A model generated the notes under the pieces. That model saw nothing but the letters and a program-made list of their open reading frames with translations, searched no databases and was not told where the DNA came from. A stretch of 64,000 nt of DNA from Deferribacterales bacterium (GTDB lineage: Bacteria > Chrysiogenota > Deferribacteres > Deferribacterales > Geovibrionaceae). Positions 19,071-29,066 of this stretch are shown here, in pieces. Both the position numbers and the translations under genes were made by a program. Each line of letters opens with the position of its first letter. Within the stretch, counting starts at the first letter, position 1. The stretch spans positions 96,001 through 160,000 of the forward strand of contig JBFWLW010000005.1 of assembly GCA_050251945.1 (NCBI GenBank), read 5' to 3'.

Positions 19071-22000
19071 CTAAACGGTGAAATACTCCGCAGATGCATT
19101 ATGTATAATTATAGCACATGTTGAGTATTCCGGTACCATTTCATAATTTTCTGTAAGTTTGACGTCTATGTCGTTAAACTCCAGAAAGCTGTCAAGCTGG
19201 GCGTTCTGCGCAAGGTCGGGACACGCGGGATAGCCGAAACTGTATCTGCGCCCCTGATATTTAAGCGAGATCACGCCGTGTGCGGATTTCGCATCCTGCC
19301 CGTCTATGCCAAGCCCGGCGCGTATCTGTTTGTGGAAATATTCTGCCAGTGCCTCGGTCAGTTCCGTGAAGAATCCGTGATACTGGTAGTATTCCTTATA
19401 TTCGTGTGCGTTGAAAAGCTGTTTGCAAAGGTGTTCCGCCTTCTGTCCCGCAGTGACGAGGTGGAAAGCGACCACATCCTTTTTACCGGAGGACAACGGA
19501 AGGAAATAATCGGACAGGCATACGCCGCCTTCGATGTTTTGTCTGGGGAACTCGAAAACGGAGAGTATTTCGTCCGTATTATCTTTGTAAACTATAAGTT
19601 TTTCACCGTCGCTGTTACAGTTATAGAACCCGCAGATAGCGGAAAGTTCAGCAAGATTTTCTGCTTTCACCCTTGCGATTGTCTTTTCATATTCGGGATA
19701 AACAGTTTCTTTGAGCATCTTTGAATACTCGTCTTCAGCCATGTTTTTGCGGCTGTAGCCCCATCTGTGGTTGAAGAGCGCCAGCTTGTTCATGTACTCA
19801 AGCACTGAATCAATGCTGATGTTTCTGAATACTTTTGTGCCGAGGAAGGGAGCTTGCGGGATATTGTCGGTTATTTCAGGCTTTCTTATTTTAACTGTTT
19901 TTGGTTTTGCTTCTTTCATGGGTTTGTCGGGAGCTTTTGCATCGCTTTCGCCGCCGCCAAGCACCTTGAGCGCGTCAAACGCATCGCGGCAGTAATGCAC
20001 GTGTCCGGGCATTATGGGTTTACAGTCCTGTTCAACGAATTTTTCAGTGAGTGCCGCACCGCCCAGAAGTACCTTTGTGTGAACGTTCTGGCGCATCAGC
20101 TCCTCTATGTTCTCGCGCATTATATTGGTGGATTTCACAAGCAGACCGCTCATTCCGATGGCGTCCGCCTTGACCTCTATTGCCTTTTTGATCATCTCTT
20201 CCACAGGCACCTTGATGCCGAGATTGTGAACTGTGAATCCGTTGTTTGACAGTATGATATCCACAAGGTTCTTGCCGATATCGTGTACGTCGCCCTTGAC
20301 GGTCGCCAGAACAATTGTTCCGCGTGACTTTGCGTCGCTGCGTTCCATGTAGGGTTCGAGCAGGCTGACCGCCGCTTTCATAACCTCTGCGGATTGCAGA
20401 ACGAAAGGCAGAAGCATCTTGCCGGCACCGAAGAGTTCGCCCACTTCCTGCATGGCGGGGAGCATTATATTGTTTATCATGTCGATGGGCTTCACGGTCA
20501 GGCGCAGTTCATCCAGAACGGGTTCCAGTCCCGCCTTTTTGCCCCTCATTATGTGCTGCTTAAGTGTCTGATCAGCAGGGAGATTCTGCTTCTCTTCCTG
20601 CTTTTCAACGCCCTCTTTGGAAGCGAAATATTCTATGAATGTGTTGAGTGCGCCCTCTTCACCGTTCAGAAGCGCTTTGCAGTGCTTAACGTCTTCCGCG
20701 TCTATCATGGATTCCGGAATAACTTTCGATGCATGTACGATAGCCATGTCCAGTCCCGCCGTCACGGCTTCGTGGAGGAAGACGGAGTTCAGCAGGGGGC
20801 GGCTTGCCGCAGAAAGTCCGAAAGAGATGTTGGAAAGCCCCAGAACGGTCTTTGCGCCTTTAAGTTCCGCTTTGATGCGGCGTATGGCGTTCAGCGTCTC
20901 TATCGCCGCTGTTGTAAGGGTAACGTCGCCGCTTCCTATGGAAAATGTCAGCGGGTCGAATATAAGGTCTTCCGGTTTCAGCCCGTACTGTTCCGTATAG
21001 ACTTTGTATATTCTTTCCGCTATGGCGAATTTCCTGTCGGCTGTCATAGCCATGCCCTCTTCGTCGATGGTGAGCGCTATGACTGCGGACGGGTGTCTTT
21101 TGACTATATTGAGTATGCGGTGGAGCTTTTCCCCTCCGTCCTCAAAGTTTATGGAGTTTATAACGGGTTTGCCCGCATAGTATTTCAGTGCCGTTTCAAC
21201 AACGTCCGGTTCTGTGGAATCCACAACCACGGGGGCTGTGAGCGTCTTGTTAAGAAGCAGCATGAACTGTCTCATGTCCTCTTTTTCGTTCCTTCCTGCA
21301 TACGCGACGCAAATGTCTGTGAAATGCGCGCCTGTGTCCTCCTGTTCTTTTGCGACGGCGAGCATGCCCTCAAGGTCGTCTTTCAGCAGGAGTTCGCGGA
21401 AAGCCTTGCTGCCGTTTGCGTTTGCCCGTTCGCCTATGAGGGCGGGGGCAGGGGACTGCACGATTGATGTTGAAAAATAGAGACTTGCACATTCGCCCGC
21501 ATATTCACCCGCAAAGGGGGCTTTCGGCTTGTTGCGGTCGGCAACGGGGCGAAGCGCCTTTATGTGGTCGGGTGTCGTTCCGCAGCATCCGCCGAGAACC
21601 GCAACCGGATATTCTTTTATCAGTCCTTCCATTATCTCCGCCATGCGTTCCGGCGTCATGGAATAGACCATCTTTCCGCCTTTGTTTTCAGGCAGTCCTG
21701 CATTGGGCAGACAGGATATTCTTCCTGCGAAATGCTTTGAAAGCGTTGCGACCGGATGGTGCATCAGGTCGGGACCTGTTGCGCAGTTAAGCCCGAGAGA
21801 GAAGACTGGATAGTCCCTTATAACCGTGGCAACTGCTGTCAGATCGCTCCCCATGAGCATGGTTCCGTTCTGTTCAACTGTCACTGAGATCATGACGGGA
21901 GCATCGGAGCCGTTCGCCTCTCTGGTTTCCATCACAGCGTTAAGCGCCGCCTTTATCTGCAAAAGATCCTGACACGTTTCTATGATGAACAGGTCGACAC

Positions 22001-22427
22001 CGCCTTCCAGAAGCGCCTGAGCCTGTCTGCGGTACATTTCAAAAAGCTCGTCATAGGTTATCTGCCCAAGGCTGGGAAGTCTCGTTCCGGGGCCTATGGA
22101 GCCTGCTACAAACCTGCCGTATTTATCGGCTGCCTGTCTGGCTATCTGCGCACCTTTGAGGTTCAGCTCGTATGTCATCTCCTCAAGCCCGTATTCGGAC
22201 ATAACAAGCTCTGTTCCGCCGAACGTATTGGTCTCTATCACGTCCGCACCCGCCTCAAGGTACTGTTCGTGTATCTCGCGGATGATATCCGGCGCGGCAG
22301 CGTTCAGCCATTCGCTGCATCCCTGTTTCCCCTGCCAGATATCGTCATTTATTTCATATTTCTGTATGGACGTACCCATTGCGCCGTCAAATAAGATTAT
22401 TCTGTTGTCTGCGTATTCTCTGAACAT
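19071..22427 (-). CDS. metH: Cobalamin-dependent methionine synthase
   Basis: FDGAMGT, GGCCGTTPDHI, IGERANANGSK, KGDVHDIGKN, C-terminal RYSFGYPACP. Confidence 0.97.
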   Translation of the reverse strand: MFREYADNRIILFDGAMGTSIQKYEINDDIWQGKQGCSEWLNAAAPDIIREIHEQYLEAGADVIETNTFGGTELVMSEYGLEEMTYELNLKGAQIARQAADKYGRFVAGSIGPGTRLPSLGQITYDELFEMYRRQAQALLEGGVDLFIIETCQDLLQIKAALNAVMETREANGSDAPVMISVTVEQNGTMLMGSDLTAVATVIRDYPVFSLGLNCATGPDLMHHPVATLSKHFAGRISCLPNAGLPENKGGKMVYSMTPERMAEIMEGLIKEYPVAVLGGCCGTTPDHIKALRPVADRNKPKAPFAGEYAGECASLYFSTSIVQSPAPALIGERANANGSKAFRELLLKDDLEGMLAVAKEQEDTGAHFTDICVAYAGRNEKEDMRQFMLLLNKTLTAPVVVDSTEPDVVETALKYYAGKPVINSINFEDGGEKLHRILNIVKRHPSAVIALTIDEEGMAMTADRKFAIAERIYKVYTEQYGLKPEDLIFDPLTFSIGSGDVTLTTAAIETLNAIRRIKAELKGAKTVLGLSNISFGLSAASRPLLNSVFLHEAVTAGLDMAIVHASKVIPESMIDAEDVKHCKALLNGEEGALNTFIEYFASKEGVEKQEEKQNLPADQTLKQHIMRGKKAGLEPVLDELRLTVKPIDMINNIMLPAMQEVGELFGAGKMLLPFVLQSAEVMKAAVSLLEPYMERSDAKSRGTIVLATVKGDVHDIGKNLVDIILSNNGFTVHNLGIKVPVEEMIKKAIEVKADAIGMSGLLVKSTNIMRENIEELMRQNVHTKVLLGGAALTEKFVEQDCKPIMPGHVHYCRDAFDALKVLGGGESDAKAPDKPMKEAKPKTVKIRKPEITDNIPQAPFLGTKVFRNISIDSVLEYMNKLALFNHRWGYSRKNMAEDEYSKMLKETVYPEYEKTIARVKAENLAELSAICGFYNCNSDGEKLIVYKDNTDEILSVFEFPRQNIEGGVCLSDYFLPLSSGKKDVVAFHLVTAGQKAEHLCKQLFNAHEYKEYYQYHGFFTELTEALAEYFHKQIRAGLGIDGQDAKSAHGVISLKYQGRRYSFGYPACPDLAQNAQLDSFLEFNDIDVKLTENYEMVPEYSTCAIIIHNASAEYFTV

Positions 22428-22577
22428 CGGATTCTCCTATATGCCTATAGGTTTTATCCGAAAGAAGCCACTGTGTAAAGGGCGGATGCTGTTTTTTTGT
22501 GCGGTTTCCAATAAAATATTGATATTGAGACTGCATCGGGGTAAGATTTTGAACCGAAAAACGAAAAGGGAACGAAA

Positions 22578-23594
22578 ATGCAGGAAAAAAAGAAGATTCG
22601 CCCCAGAACAATAACTATGACGACATCAATGGAAGTGCCTATCGCAAGAGGCACCGTGGAATATATCGCAGGGATAAACCCCGAAGAGACGTGGGCGCCC
22701 GTTCTCGGCGAAGATATCGACGAAGACGGTCAGAGAGCGCTTGGCAACAAGCACCTTGAGATGATTAGAGAGGCTGAGCAGACTGAAGAATACAAACAGA
22801 AGCTCGGCGAATTTATGAAAGAGACCGTGACGCTGTTTCAGGCAATCAACAAAGGTGATAAAGACACCATGCTTCCCTATACAGGCGGCAAAAAAATCAA
22901 CTTTGTCATGGGTATGCCAAGAACAGGCGGTACAACTGTTTATAACGCGCTTTCGTCCGCATACGGCTGGCCCTGGGAAAAGCTGCTGTTCTCCATGACC
23001 CACAACATGATGCCAAACGCGCTGTTCGTTCAGCCCAACCCCTATTCAGAGTTTGACATGGGCTGGAGACTTCCGTGGAACTTTAACAACGTACTTTTCG
23101 AGCTGTGCCAGTTTCTTGTCTATGCAAGCCGCGAAGCGCAGGACAGCCAGCATATCTTCATCAAAAGCACACCCCTTTCATACGCTATAAAAATGCTGAA
23201 CTATCTGTTTGCAGATCAGGCTCAGTACATCGTGACAGTCCGCCACCCCGGCGCTATCGCTCTTACAAAGAACACTGGCGAGGAAGTGAGAAGAGAGGAT
23301 CATTTGGAAGTTATGTCCATGTGGGCAAACCTTTACTCTTCAATTGTGCGCGAATGCAGACCGCTCGGCAATATCGTGCTGGTTGAGTACGGAGAGAAGA
23401 TGACGGAGTTCATCAACAGCGTTTTCGAGAAGAAAAAATACGGCTCAAGAGCGGAAGAGACCGCCTTTTTCGAGTATGACGAATATGATAAAGATTTTTA
23501 CAACAGCGACATAGTACAGAGGTCGTTTGACTACGTCAGAAATTCTTGGAAGCTTTTCGGAATGGATTTCCCCATTCCTGAGAAATGTATATAA
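22578..23594 (+). CDS. Sulfotransferase-fold (P-loop) protein
   Basis: FVMGMPRTGGTT (5'-PSB-like loop) and YIVTVRHP (3'-PB-like motif). Confidence 0.65.
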   Translation: MQEKKKIRPRTITMTTSMEVPIARGTVEYIAGINPEETWAPVLGEDIDEDGQRALGNKHLEMIREAEQTEEYKQKLGEFMKETVTLFQAINKGDKDTMLPYTGGKKINFVMGMPRTGGTTVYNALSSAYGWPWEKLLFSMTHNMMPNALFVQPNPYSEFDMGWRLPWNFNNVLFELCQFLVYASREAQDSQHIFIKSTPLSYAIKMLNYLFADQAQYIVTVRHPGAIALTKNTGEEVRREDHLEVMSMWANLYSSIVRECRPLGNIVLVEYGEKMTEFINSVFEKKKYGSRAEETAFFEYDEYDKDFYNSDIVQRSFDYVRNSWKLFGMDFPIPEKCI

Positions 23595-23605
23595 GTTGAA
23601 AATAC

Positions 23606-23686
23606 GAGATCGCCGCGTCGCGTAAGCTCCTCGCGAAGACGAATACCAGTCTCTGCGAGGAGCCTTAGGGCTGACGCGGCAGTCTC
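23606..23686. repeat. Inverted pair of family A repeats (23606-23641 minus, 23649-23686 plus)
   Basis: GAGATCGCCGCGTCG..CTCCTCGCGAAGACG and GTCTCTGCGAGGAGCC..GCTGACGCGGCAGTCTC between convergent genes. Confidence 0.88.
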
Positions 23687-23699
23687 ATAGTTATTTCGT

Positions 23700-25637
23700 T
23701 TACTTTATTCCGTTGACTCTGAGCAGGCTGTCGTTGTCGGGCTGTCTGCCTGCGAACTGCTCAAAAAGTGCCATCATATCCTGACTTCCGCCATTGCTGA
23801 GAACAGTATCCATGAATCTTTCGCCTGTTTTACCGTCGAAAACCCCGTTATCAACGAAGATGCTGTAAGCGTCGCATGAAAGGCGTTCCGCCCATTTATA
23901 GCTGTAATATCCCGCGGCATAGCCGCCTGAGAATATGTGGCTGAATCCGTTCTGAAACTTATTGTATGCCGGAGGCAGGATTATCGCGGTTTTTTCCCTT
24001 ATTTCGTCCAGTAACGTCTGCACTTCGCCGGCTGTGTATGCGTCGGCATGGATCGTCATGTCGAATATGCCGAACTCAAGCTGGCGCAGCATGCCCGAAG
24101 CCGCCATGAACGTACGCACTCCGTCCAGTCTGTCTATCATTTCATCAGGCAGAACCTCGCCTGTGCGGTAATGTTTTGCAAACATTTTAAGCACTTCTCT
24201 GTTATACGCGAAAAGTTCGAGGAACTGTGAAGGGAACTCGATAACGTCCCAGTCAACTCCGTTAACGCCGCTGACCTCCGCCTCGTCAATTTTTGAAAGC
24301 AGGTGGTGCAGAGCGTGTCCAGTCTCGTGGAACAGCGTCACAACGTCGCTGTGGCGCAGAAGGGAGGGGTTGTCCGGTGCCGCCTGCGGAAAGTTGCCGC
24401 ATATGAGACCGGAAGCAAGGACAGTATTGCCGTCCGCATCTTTGTGATGCGTCTGCCATTCGTTCATCCATGCGCCGTCCCGCTTGCCTTTGCGCGCCTC
24501 AAGGTCTGTGAACAGTCTTGCAAACACTTTGCCGTCCCTCGACATATCGTATGCCTTTACGGTTTCGTGCCATACCGGAACATCGACTTGTTTGAAGCTC
24601 ACTCCGAAGAGTTTTTCCACGAAGTCGAAAAGACCTTTTACGACGGAATCCTGCTCGAAATACGGGCGGTATTCCTGTTCGTCATATCCGCATTTGATAC
24701 GGCGGAGTTTTTCGGAGTAAAAGCCTGTGTCATAGCTTGCGATGTCTTTAAGGTCTGCCAGCTTTTTGAGTTCTTCCATCTCCTTTTTGCCCTGTGCATA
24801 TGCTTTTTCGGCAAGATCGGTGAGGAATTGCAGAACCTCTTCGGGAGTTTTCGCGTTTTTGCGCTCAATTGACAGGTCGGAAAATCTGGAGAACCCGAGT
24901 ATATTTGCCATCTCCTTGCGGAGCTTAAGATTTTTTTCGATTATTTCGGCGTTCTGCGGTGCGCGTGTGCAGAATGCGTGATACAGTTTTTCGCGTATTT
25001 CGCGGTTGGGGCCGTATGCCATGTACGCCATGTAGCTGGGCAGTTTCAGTGTGAAGCACCATCCCTTTTCACATTCAGCCGTTTTCAGATCGGGTGCAGG
25101 TATGCCCTCCACGTCTTTCGGGTCTTCGATGGTAAGCTCGAAAGAATCGGAATCTTTCAGGACGTTCTGGGAAAAATCTGTGGAAAGATTTGTCAGCTCA
25201 AGGTTTATTTCCATGAGCCTCGCTTTTTGTTCATCCGGCAGGTGTACGCCTGAGAGTCTGAAGCCTTTCAGCATCTTTTCAAGCACTCTCACCTGAGCCG
25301 GTTTTAACGTCTCTTTTTCAGCTTCATAAATGCCGAGAACCGTTTCGTAAATATCCGAGCGCTGTCCCATCTCTGTGCCGTATCTGGTTATTTCCGGCAT
25401 GCAGTAGTTGTATACGTCCTGAGTCTGTTCGGAGTTATTGACATAGTTGACATGGGACACGGGAGTGATGAACTCGTTTATCAGCATGTCTGTCTCCATC
25501 ATCGGGCGGATGAAGTTCATGTATGTTTTTTGTGGAAGCTGCAAAAGTTTTTCGATGGTCAGTTTGTTTGCTTTCAGTATATTATCAAGCTCTGTCTTTG
25601 CATAGTCGAGCTGATCTGGTCTGTAATTTTTAAACAT
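23700..25637 (-). CDS. prlC: Oligopeptidase A (M3A metallopeptidase)
   Basis: TLFHETGHALH, EFPSQ, FSHIFSGGYAAGYYSYKWAE; AAGGGGAG SD before ATG 25637. Confidence 0.92.
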   Translation of the reverse strand: MFKNYRPDQLDYAKTELDNILKANKLTIEKLLQLPQKTYMNFIRPMMETDMLINEFITPVSHVNYVNNSEQTQDVYNYCMPEITRYGTEMGQRSDIYETVLGIYEAEKETLKPAQVRVLEKMLKGFRLSGVHLPDEQKARLMEINLELTNLSTDFSQNVLKDSDSFELTIEDPKDVEGIPAPDLKTAECEKGWCFTLKLPSYMAYMAYGPNREIREKLYHAFCTRAPQNAEIIEKNLKLRKEMANILGFSRFSDLSIERKNAKTPEEVLQFLTDLAEKAYAQGKKEMEELKKLADLKDIASYDTGFYSEKLRRIKCGYDEQEYRPYFEQDSVVKGLFDFVEKLFGVSFKQVDVPVWHETVKAYDMSRDGKVFARLFTDLEARKGKRDGAWMNEWQTHHKDADGNTVLASGLICGNFPQAAPDNPSLLRHSDVVTLFHETGHALHHLLSKIDEAEVSGVNGVDWDVIEFPSQFLELFAYNREVLKMFAKHYRTGEVLPDEMIDRLDGVRTFMAASGMLRQLEFGIFDMTIHADAYTAGEVQTLLDEIREKTAIILPPAYNKFQNGFSHIFSGGYAAGYYSYKWAERLSCDAYSIFVDNGVFDGKTGERFMDTVLSNGGSQDMMALFEQFAGRQPDNDSLLRVNGIK

Positions 25638-25746
25638 AATTTCTCCCCTTGATTTGATAATGGCTTTAGAATACATATAATATCGGGAGGCAGGATTGGA
25701 AAGGATAAACTGCCGTAAATGCATACATTTTTATGTTACTTGGGAT

Positions 25747-25838
25747 AAACAGTTTCCCTACGGATGCAGGGCGCTCGGGTTTAAAACCCAGACGATGCCG
25801 TCTGTTCGGGTGTTTCAGACATCGGGAATGGACTGTTT
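25747..25838. repeat. Structured palindromic element, possibly a short family B relative
   Basis: AAACAGT/ACTGTTT and TTCCC/GGGAA outer stems; inner GCAGGGCG..GGGTTT/AAACCC..CGATGCCG. Confidence 0.55.
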
Positions 25839-25858
25839 GCAGTTCAAAGAGAAGAAAT

Positions 25859-26524
25859 TCAATAAAGAATGACGGGTTCCTTGACCAGCATACTGTCGTC
25901 TTTGACTTTTATGGCGCCTTCCAGAGAGAGTATCTTGAGACATTTTGTCACGGACTCCCTTGATGCGCCTATCATGTTTGAAAGCTCCTGATGGGTGTAC
26001 TTTCTCATGGTGTAATATCCGTTTACCGGGTTTTGTTCGTCTTTAACGCTGTCCAGCAGAAACTTCATTATGCGTTCTTTTACATTCAGAAACGCCAGCG
26101 ATTCAATGAGTTCGTCAGCTTTTCTTAAGCGTTCGGTAAGTGTTTCCAGAAGGTAGAGCGTGACGTTAAAGTCCTTTTGCAGAAGTTCGTTAAGAGCTTT
26201 TCTGGGTATGAGAACGATTTCGGAAAGTTCGTCGGCAATGAGTGTTCCGGTGCGCCCCAGCCCGTCGATCATGCTCATTTCGCCCACAACACCGCATGGG
26301 AATATCACCGAGAGGATTATTTCGTCTCCGTTGCCGTCAACAAGCACGACGCGGAAGCTGCCGGATATAACCACATAAAGATCGGTGCCGACATCTCCTT
26401 TATGGAAAACAACTTCGTCTTTTGCGAACTTTTTTATTTTACAGAAGCTTGCCAGCCTCTCAAGGTCATTTTTTTCAGTGGTTTCAAAAATTGCCGCTTT
26501 AGCGATCTGTTCAGCAAGATTCAC
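25859..26524 (-). CDS. Crp/Fnr-family transcriptional regulator
   Basis: cNMP domain (GEMS..DGLGRTGT) and HTH THQELSNMIGASRESVTK. Confidence 0.93.
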   Translation of the reverse strand: MNLAEQIAKAAIFETTEKNDLERLASFCKIKKFAKDEVVFHKGDVGTDLYVVISGSFRVVLVDGNGDEIILSVIFPCGVVGEMSMIDGLGRTGTLIADELSEIVLIPRKALNELLQKDFNVTLYLLETLTERLRKADELIESLAFLNVKERIMKFLLDSVKDEQNPVNGYYTMRKYTHQELSNMIGASRESVTKCLKILSLEGAIKVKDDSMLVKEPVILY

Positions 26525-26581
26525 GCCTTCCTCCGGTCAAAGATGATTGCAAACCATATTTTGTTATAAATCAAAATTGAG

Positions 26582-27640
26582 CTACCGTACACCATCTTTT
26601 TTTATTATATCGAACAATTCGCGTACAAGTTCAGTTTCGGCCGCTTTTTTTATGGCTTCGCCTTTTTTAAAAATAATACCCTGTCCGCGTCCTCCGGCTA
26701 TCCCGTAGTCTGCATGTTTCGCTTCGCCGGGACCGTTCACGGGGCATCCCATAACGGCGATGCTTATTGTGTCATTAAGGGCGGCGGCGGTTTCTTCCAC
26801 CTCTTTCGCCAGCGCCTCAAGCTGAATTTCCGTGCGTCCGCAGGTGGGGCATGAGATTATTTCCGGTCCGCGTCTGCGGATTTCCAGAGCGTTTAAAAGC
26901 TGCCATGCCACGCGCACTTCCTGTTCGGGGTCGCCTGTGAGCGAAACTCTCATTGTATCGCCTATGCCGTTTAAAAGCAGTGCGCCTATTCCTGCGGCTG
27001 ATTTCACTGTTCCCGCAAAGAAGGTTCCCGCTTCCGTAACGCCTATATGCAGAGGATAATCCGACTGTTCCGAGAAAAGTTTATACGCCTGAAACGTCAG
27101 CGGAACACTGCTTGCTTTCAGGCTGACCTTCATATCGTTAAAGCCCATTTCCTCTATCATGCGTATGTTTCTGAATGCAGATTTAACGAGTGCTTCGGCT
27201 GTTATGCCGTGCTCTTTCAGAATATCCTTTTCAAGTGAACCGGCGTTAACACCCACCCGTATTGCGGAGCCGTTAGCTTTTGCCGCATCCACCACTGCGC
27301 GCACTTTTTCTGCGGAACCGATGTTCCCGGGGTTTATGCGTATGGCGTCCGCTCCATGTTCCATGGAAGCTATGGCTAGTTTATGGTCAAAATGTATGTC
27401 CGCGATTATCGGTATGCTCACTGCGTTGCGTATGGCGCGGAAAGCCTTTGCCGCCGTTTCGTCCACAACAGCACAGCGCACTATTTCGCATCCGGCGGTT
27501 TCAAGCCTTTTTATCTGAGCTATTGTGGCTTCCGTGTCCCTTGTGTCGGTGTTTGTCATGGACTGCACCGATATCGGTGCGCCGCCGCCCACAGCCACAG
27601 AGCCTATATGTATCTGTCTGGTGTTTCTTCTTGTGATCAT
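26582..27640 (-). CDS. ispG: (E)-4-hydroxy-3-methylbut-2-enyl-diphosphate synthase
   Basis: VQSMTNT, ADIHFD, RINPGNIG, SCPTCGR, VMGCPVNGPGEA. Confidence 0.97.
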   Translation of the reverse strand: MITRRNTRQIHIGSVAVGGGAPISVQSMTNTDTRDTEATIAQIKRLETAGCEIVRCAVVDETAAKAFRAIRNAVSIPIIADIHFDHKLAIASMEHGADAIRINPGNIGSAEKVRAVVDAAKANGSAIRVGVNAGSLEKDILKEHGITAEALVKSAFRNIRMIEEMGFNDMKVSLKASSVPLTFQAYKLFSEQSDYPLHIGVTEAGTFFAGTVKSAAGIGALLLNGIGDTMRVSLTGDPEQEVRVAWQLLNALEIRRRGPEIISCPTCGRTEIQLEALAKEVEETAAALNDTISIAVMGCPVNGPGEAKHADYGIAGGRGQGIIFKKGEAIKKAAETELVRELFDIIKKDGVR

Positions 27641-29064
27641 TTCAGTTTTTCCAGTTCGGAAGTTATTATTGCCATTATTTTTTCAAGCTCCGCTTTGTTC
27701 ACCGCCTCATAGCGTGTCACAAGCAGAGGTTCTGTGTTGCTCGCCCGCACCAGCGCCCAGCCATTTTCAAACTGCACCCTGATTCCGTCGATATCCGTTA
27801 TGCTTTTAACTCCGTATGTGCCTTCTTTCAGGTATCCGCCGAAGACTTTGTCAAGTTTCTCTATCAGCACGAACTTCTTATCATCGGGGTAGGCTTCGCG
27901 TATCTCCGGTGTGTTGACATATTCCGGTATCTCTGCCGTCATATCCGCCGAATTGCGGAATCTGCCGCTTTTAAGCCCGTTCACATATGCCCGCAAAAGA
28001 CGCAGAGAGGCGTATATTCCGTCGTCGAACCCGAAATAGCCGTCTGAGAAGAAGAAGTGTGAACTCATCTCTCCGCCTATGACCGCGCCAACCTCTTTCA
28101 TCTTCATTTTTATCATGGAATGACCCGATTTGTACATAACAGGTTCCATCCCTTTCGCCGCCACGAACTCGTAAAGACCCTGTCCGGCTTTAACGTCCGC
28201 AACTATTTTGCGTCCTTTGTTTTCATCCGCAATGTCGTCTGCAAAGATGCAGAGCAGCTCGTCGCCCCAGATCATTTCGCCGTTACAGTTGAGCGCGCCA
28301 AGCCTGTCGGAATCGCCGTCGTAGCTTACGCAGAGGTCAGCTTTTTCTTTCAGCAAGAGTGCTTTTGCCTCTGCCAGATTCTTTTCCACAGTGGGGTCGG
28401 GGTGGTGTCCGGGAAAACTGCCGTCCTCCGTGCAGTAAAGCGGAAGCACCTTAACGCCCAGAAATTCAAAGAGATGAGGTGCGATTGTCGAAGCGGTGCC
28501 GCTTCCGCAGTCTATAACAATCTTTATCTCCCTGCCCAGTTTTTCGATGTCCCTTTTCAATACTGCAAAAGATTCCTGAATATATCCGATGTATGCTGTT
28601 TTTATGTCAAAATGAGTTACGTTTCCCTGCCGGTCAGGAACCGGAAATTTCTCTGCCGCTATGTCGTCATAGATGCGCATTATCTTTTCCGAGTGGTATA
28701 CGGTGTTTTTCGTGCCGATCTTAAGTCCGTTGAACTGCGGCGGGTTGTGACTGCCCGTCACCATGACGTAGCCGTCGGCGGGCGTGCAGTACATGGAGAA
28801 ATAGGTCAGGGGCGAAGGGCATACTCCCAAAAGCTGGACATCTGCTCCGCCTTCTCTCAGCCCGAGACAAACGGCGTTTGCCAGAGACTCTGATGAAAAT
28901 CTGACGTCCATGCCCACTGAAAAGAGCGGGTGATTTTTACCCGTCTCCTGACGCGTATGTTCCGCAAACACCCGTGCGGCGCTTCTGGCAACTGCGTCCG
29001 TTAATTTCTCTCCGTAAATTCCCCGTATATCATAGCTTCTGAAAATTTCTTTAATTTGTAACAT
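27637..29064 (-). CDS. Phosphomannomutase/phosphoglucomutase (AlgC-like)
   Basis: FRSYDIRG, TGSHNP, DGDSDR, GEMSSH, VRASNTEP; start set at ATG 29064. Confidence 0.95.
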   Translation of the reverse strand: MLQIKEIFRSYDIRGIYGEKLTDAVARSAARVFAEHTRQETGKNHPLFSVGMDVRFSSESLANAVCLGLREGGADVQLLGVCPSPLTYFSMYCTPADGYVMVTGSHNPPQFNGLKIGTKNTVYHSEKIMRIYDDIAAEKFPVPDRQGNVTHFDIKTAYIGYIQESFAVLKRDIEKLGREIKIVIDCGSGTASTIAPHLFEFLGVKVLPLYCTEDGSFPGHHPDPTVEKNLAEAKALLLKEKADLCVSYDGDSDRLGALNCNGEMIWGDELLCIFADDIADENKGRKIVADVKAGQGLYEFVAAKGMEPVMYKSGHSMIKMKMKEVGAVIGGEMSSHFFFSDGYFGFDDGIYASLRLLRAYVNGLKSGRFRNSADMTAEIPEYVNTPEIREAYPDDKKFVLIEKLDKVFGGYLKEGTYGVKSITDIDGIRVQFENGWALVRASNTEPLLVTRYEAVNKAELEKIMAIITSELEKLK

Positions 29065-29066
29065 TA

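Noticed and set aside
20394..21467. 357-aa ORF antisense to metH
   Set aside because: Fully overlaps a conserved gene and has no recognisable motifs; a typical antisense shadow ORF.
22542..22567. sigma28 promoter for the sulfotransferase-like gene
   Set aside because: TAAG-N14-AACGAAAA has off-consensus spacing and a weak match.
22428..22577. Cobalamin or SAM riboswitch upstream of metH (AGCCACTG at ~22466)
   Set aside because: The word is on the wrong strand for metH and other B12-box or S-box elements are missing. The minus strand reads as a simple promoter (TTTACA-N17-TAAAAC).
25733..25963. 76-aa plus-strand ORF over the structured element
   Set aside because: No SD, overlaps the crp/fnr 3' end in antisense, and is explained by the palindrome.
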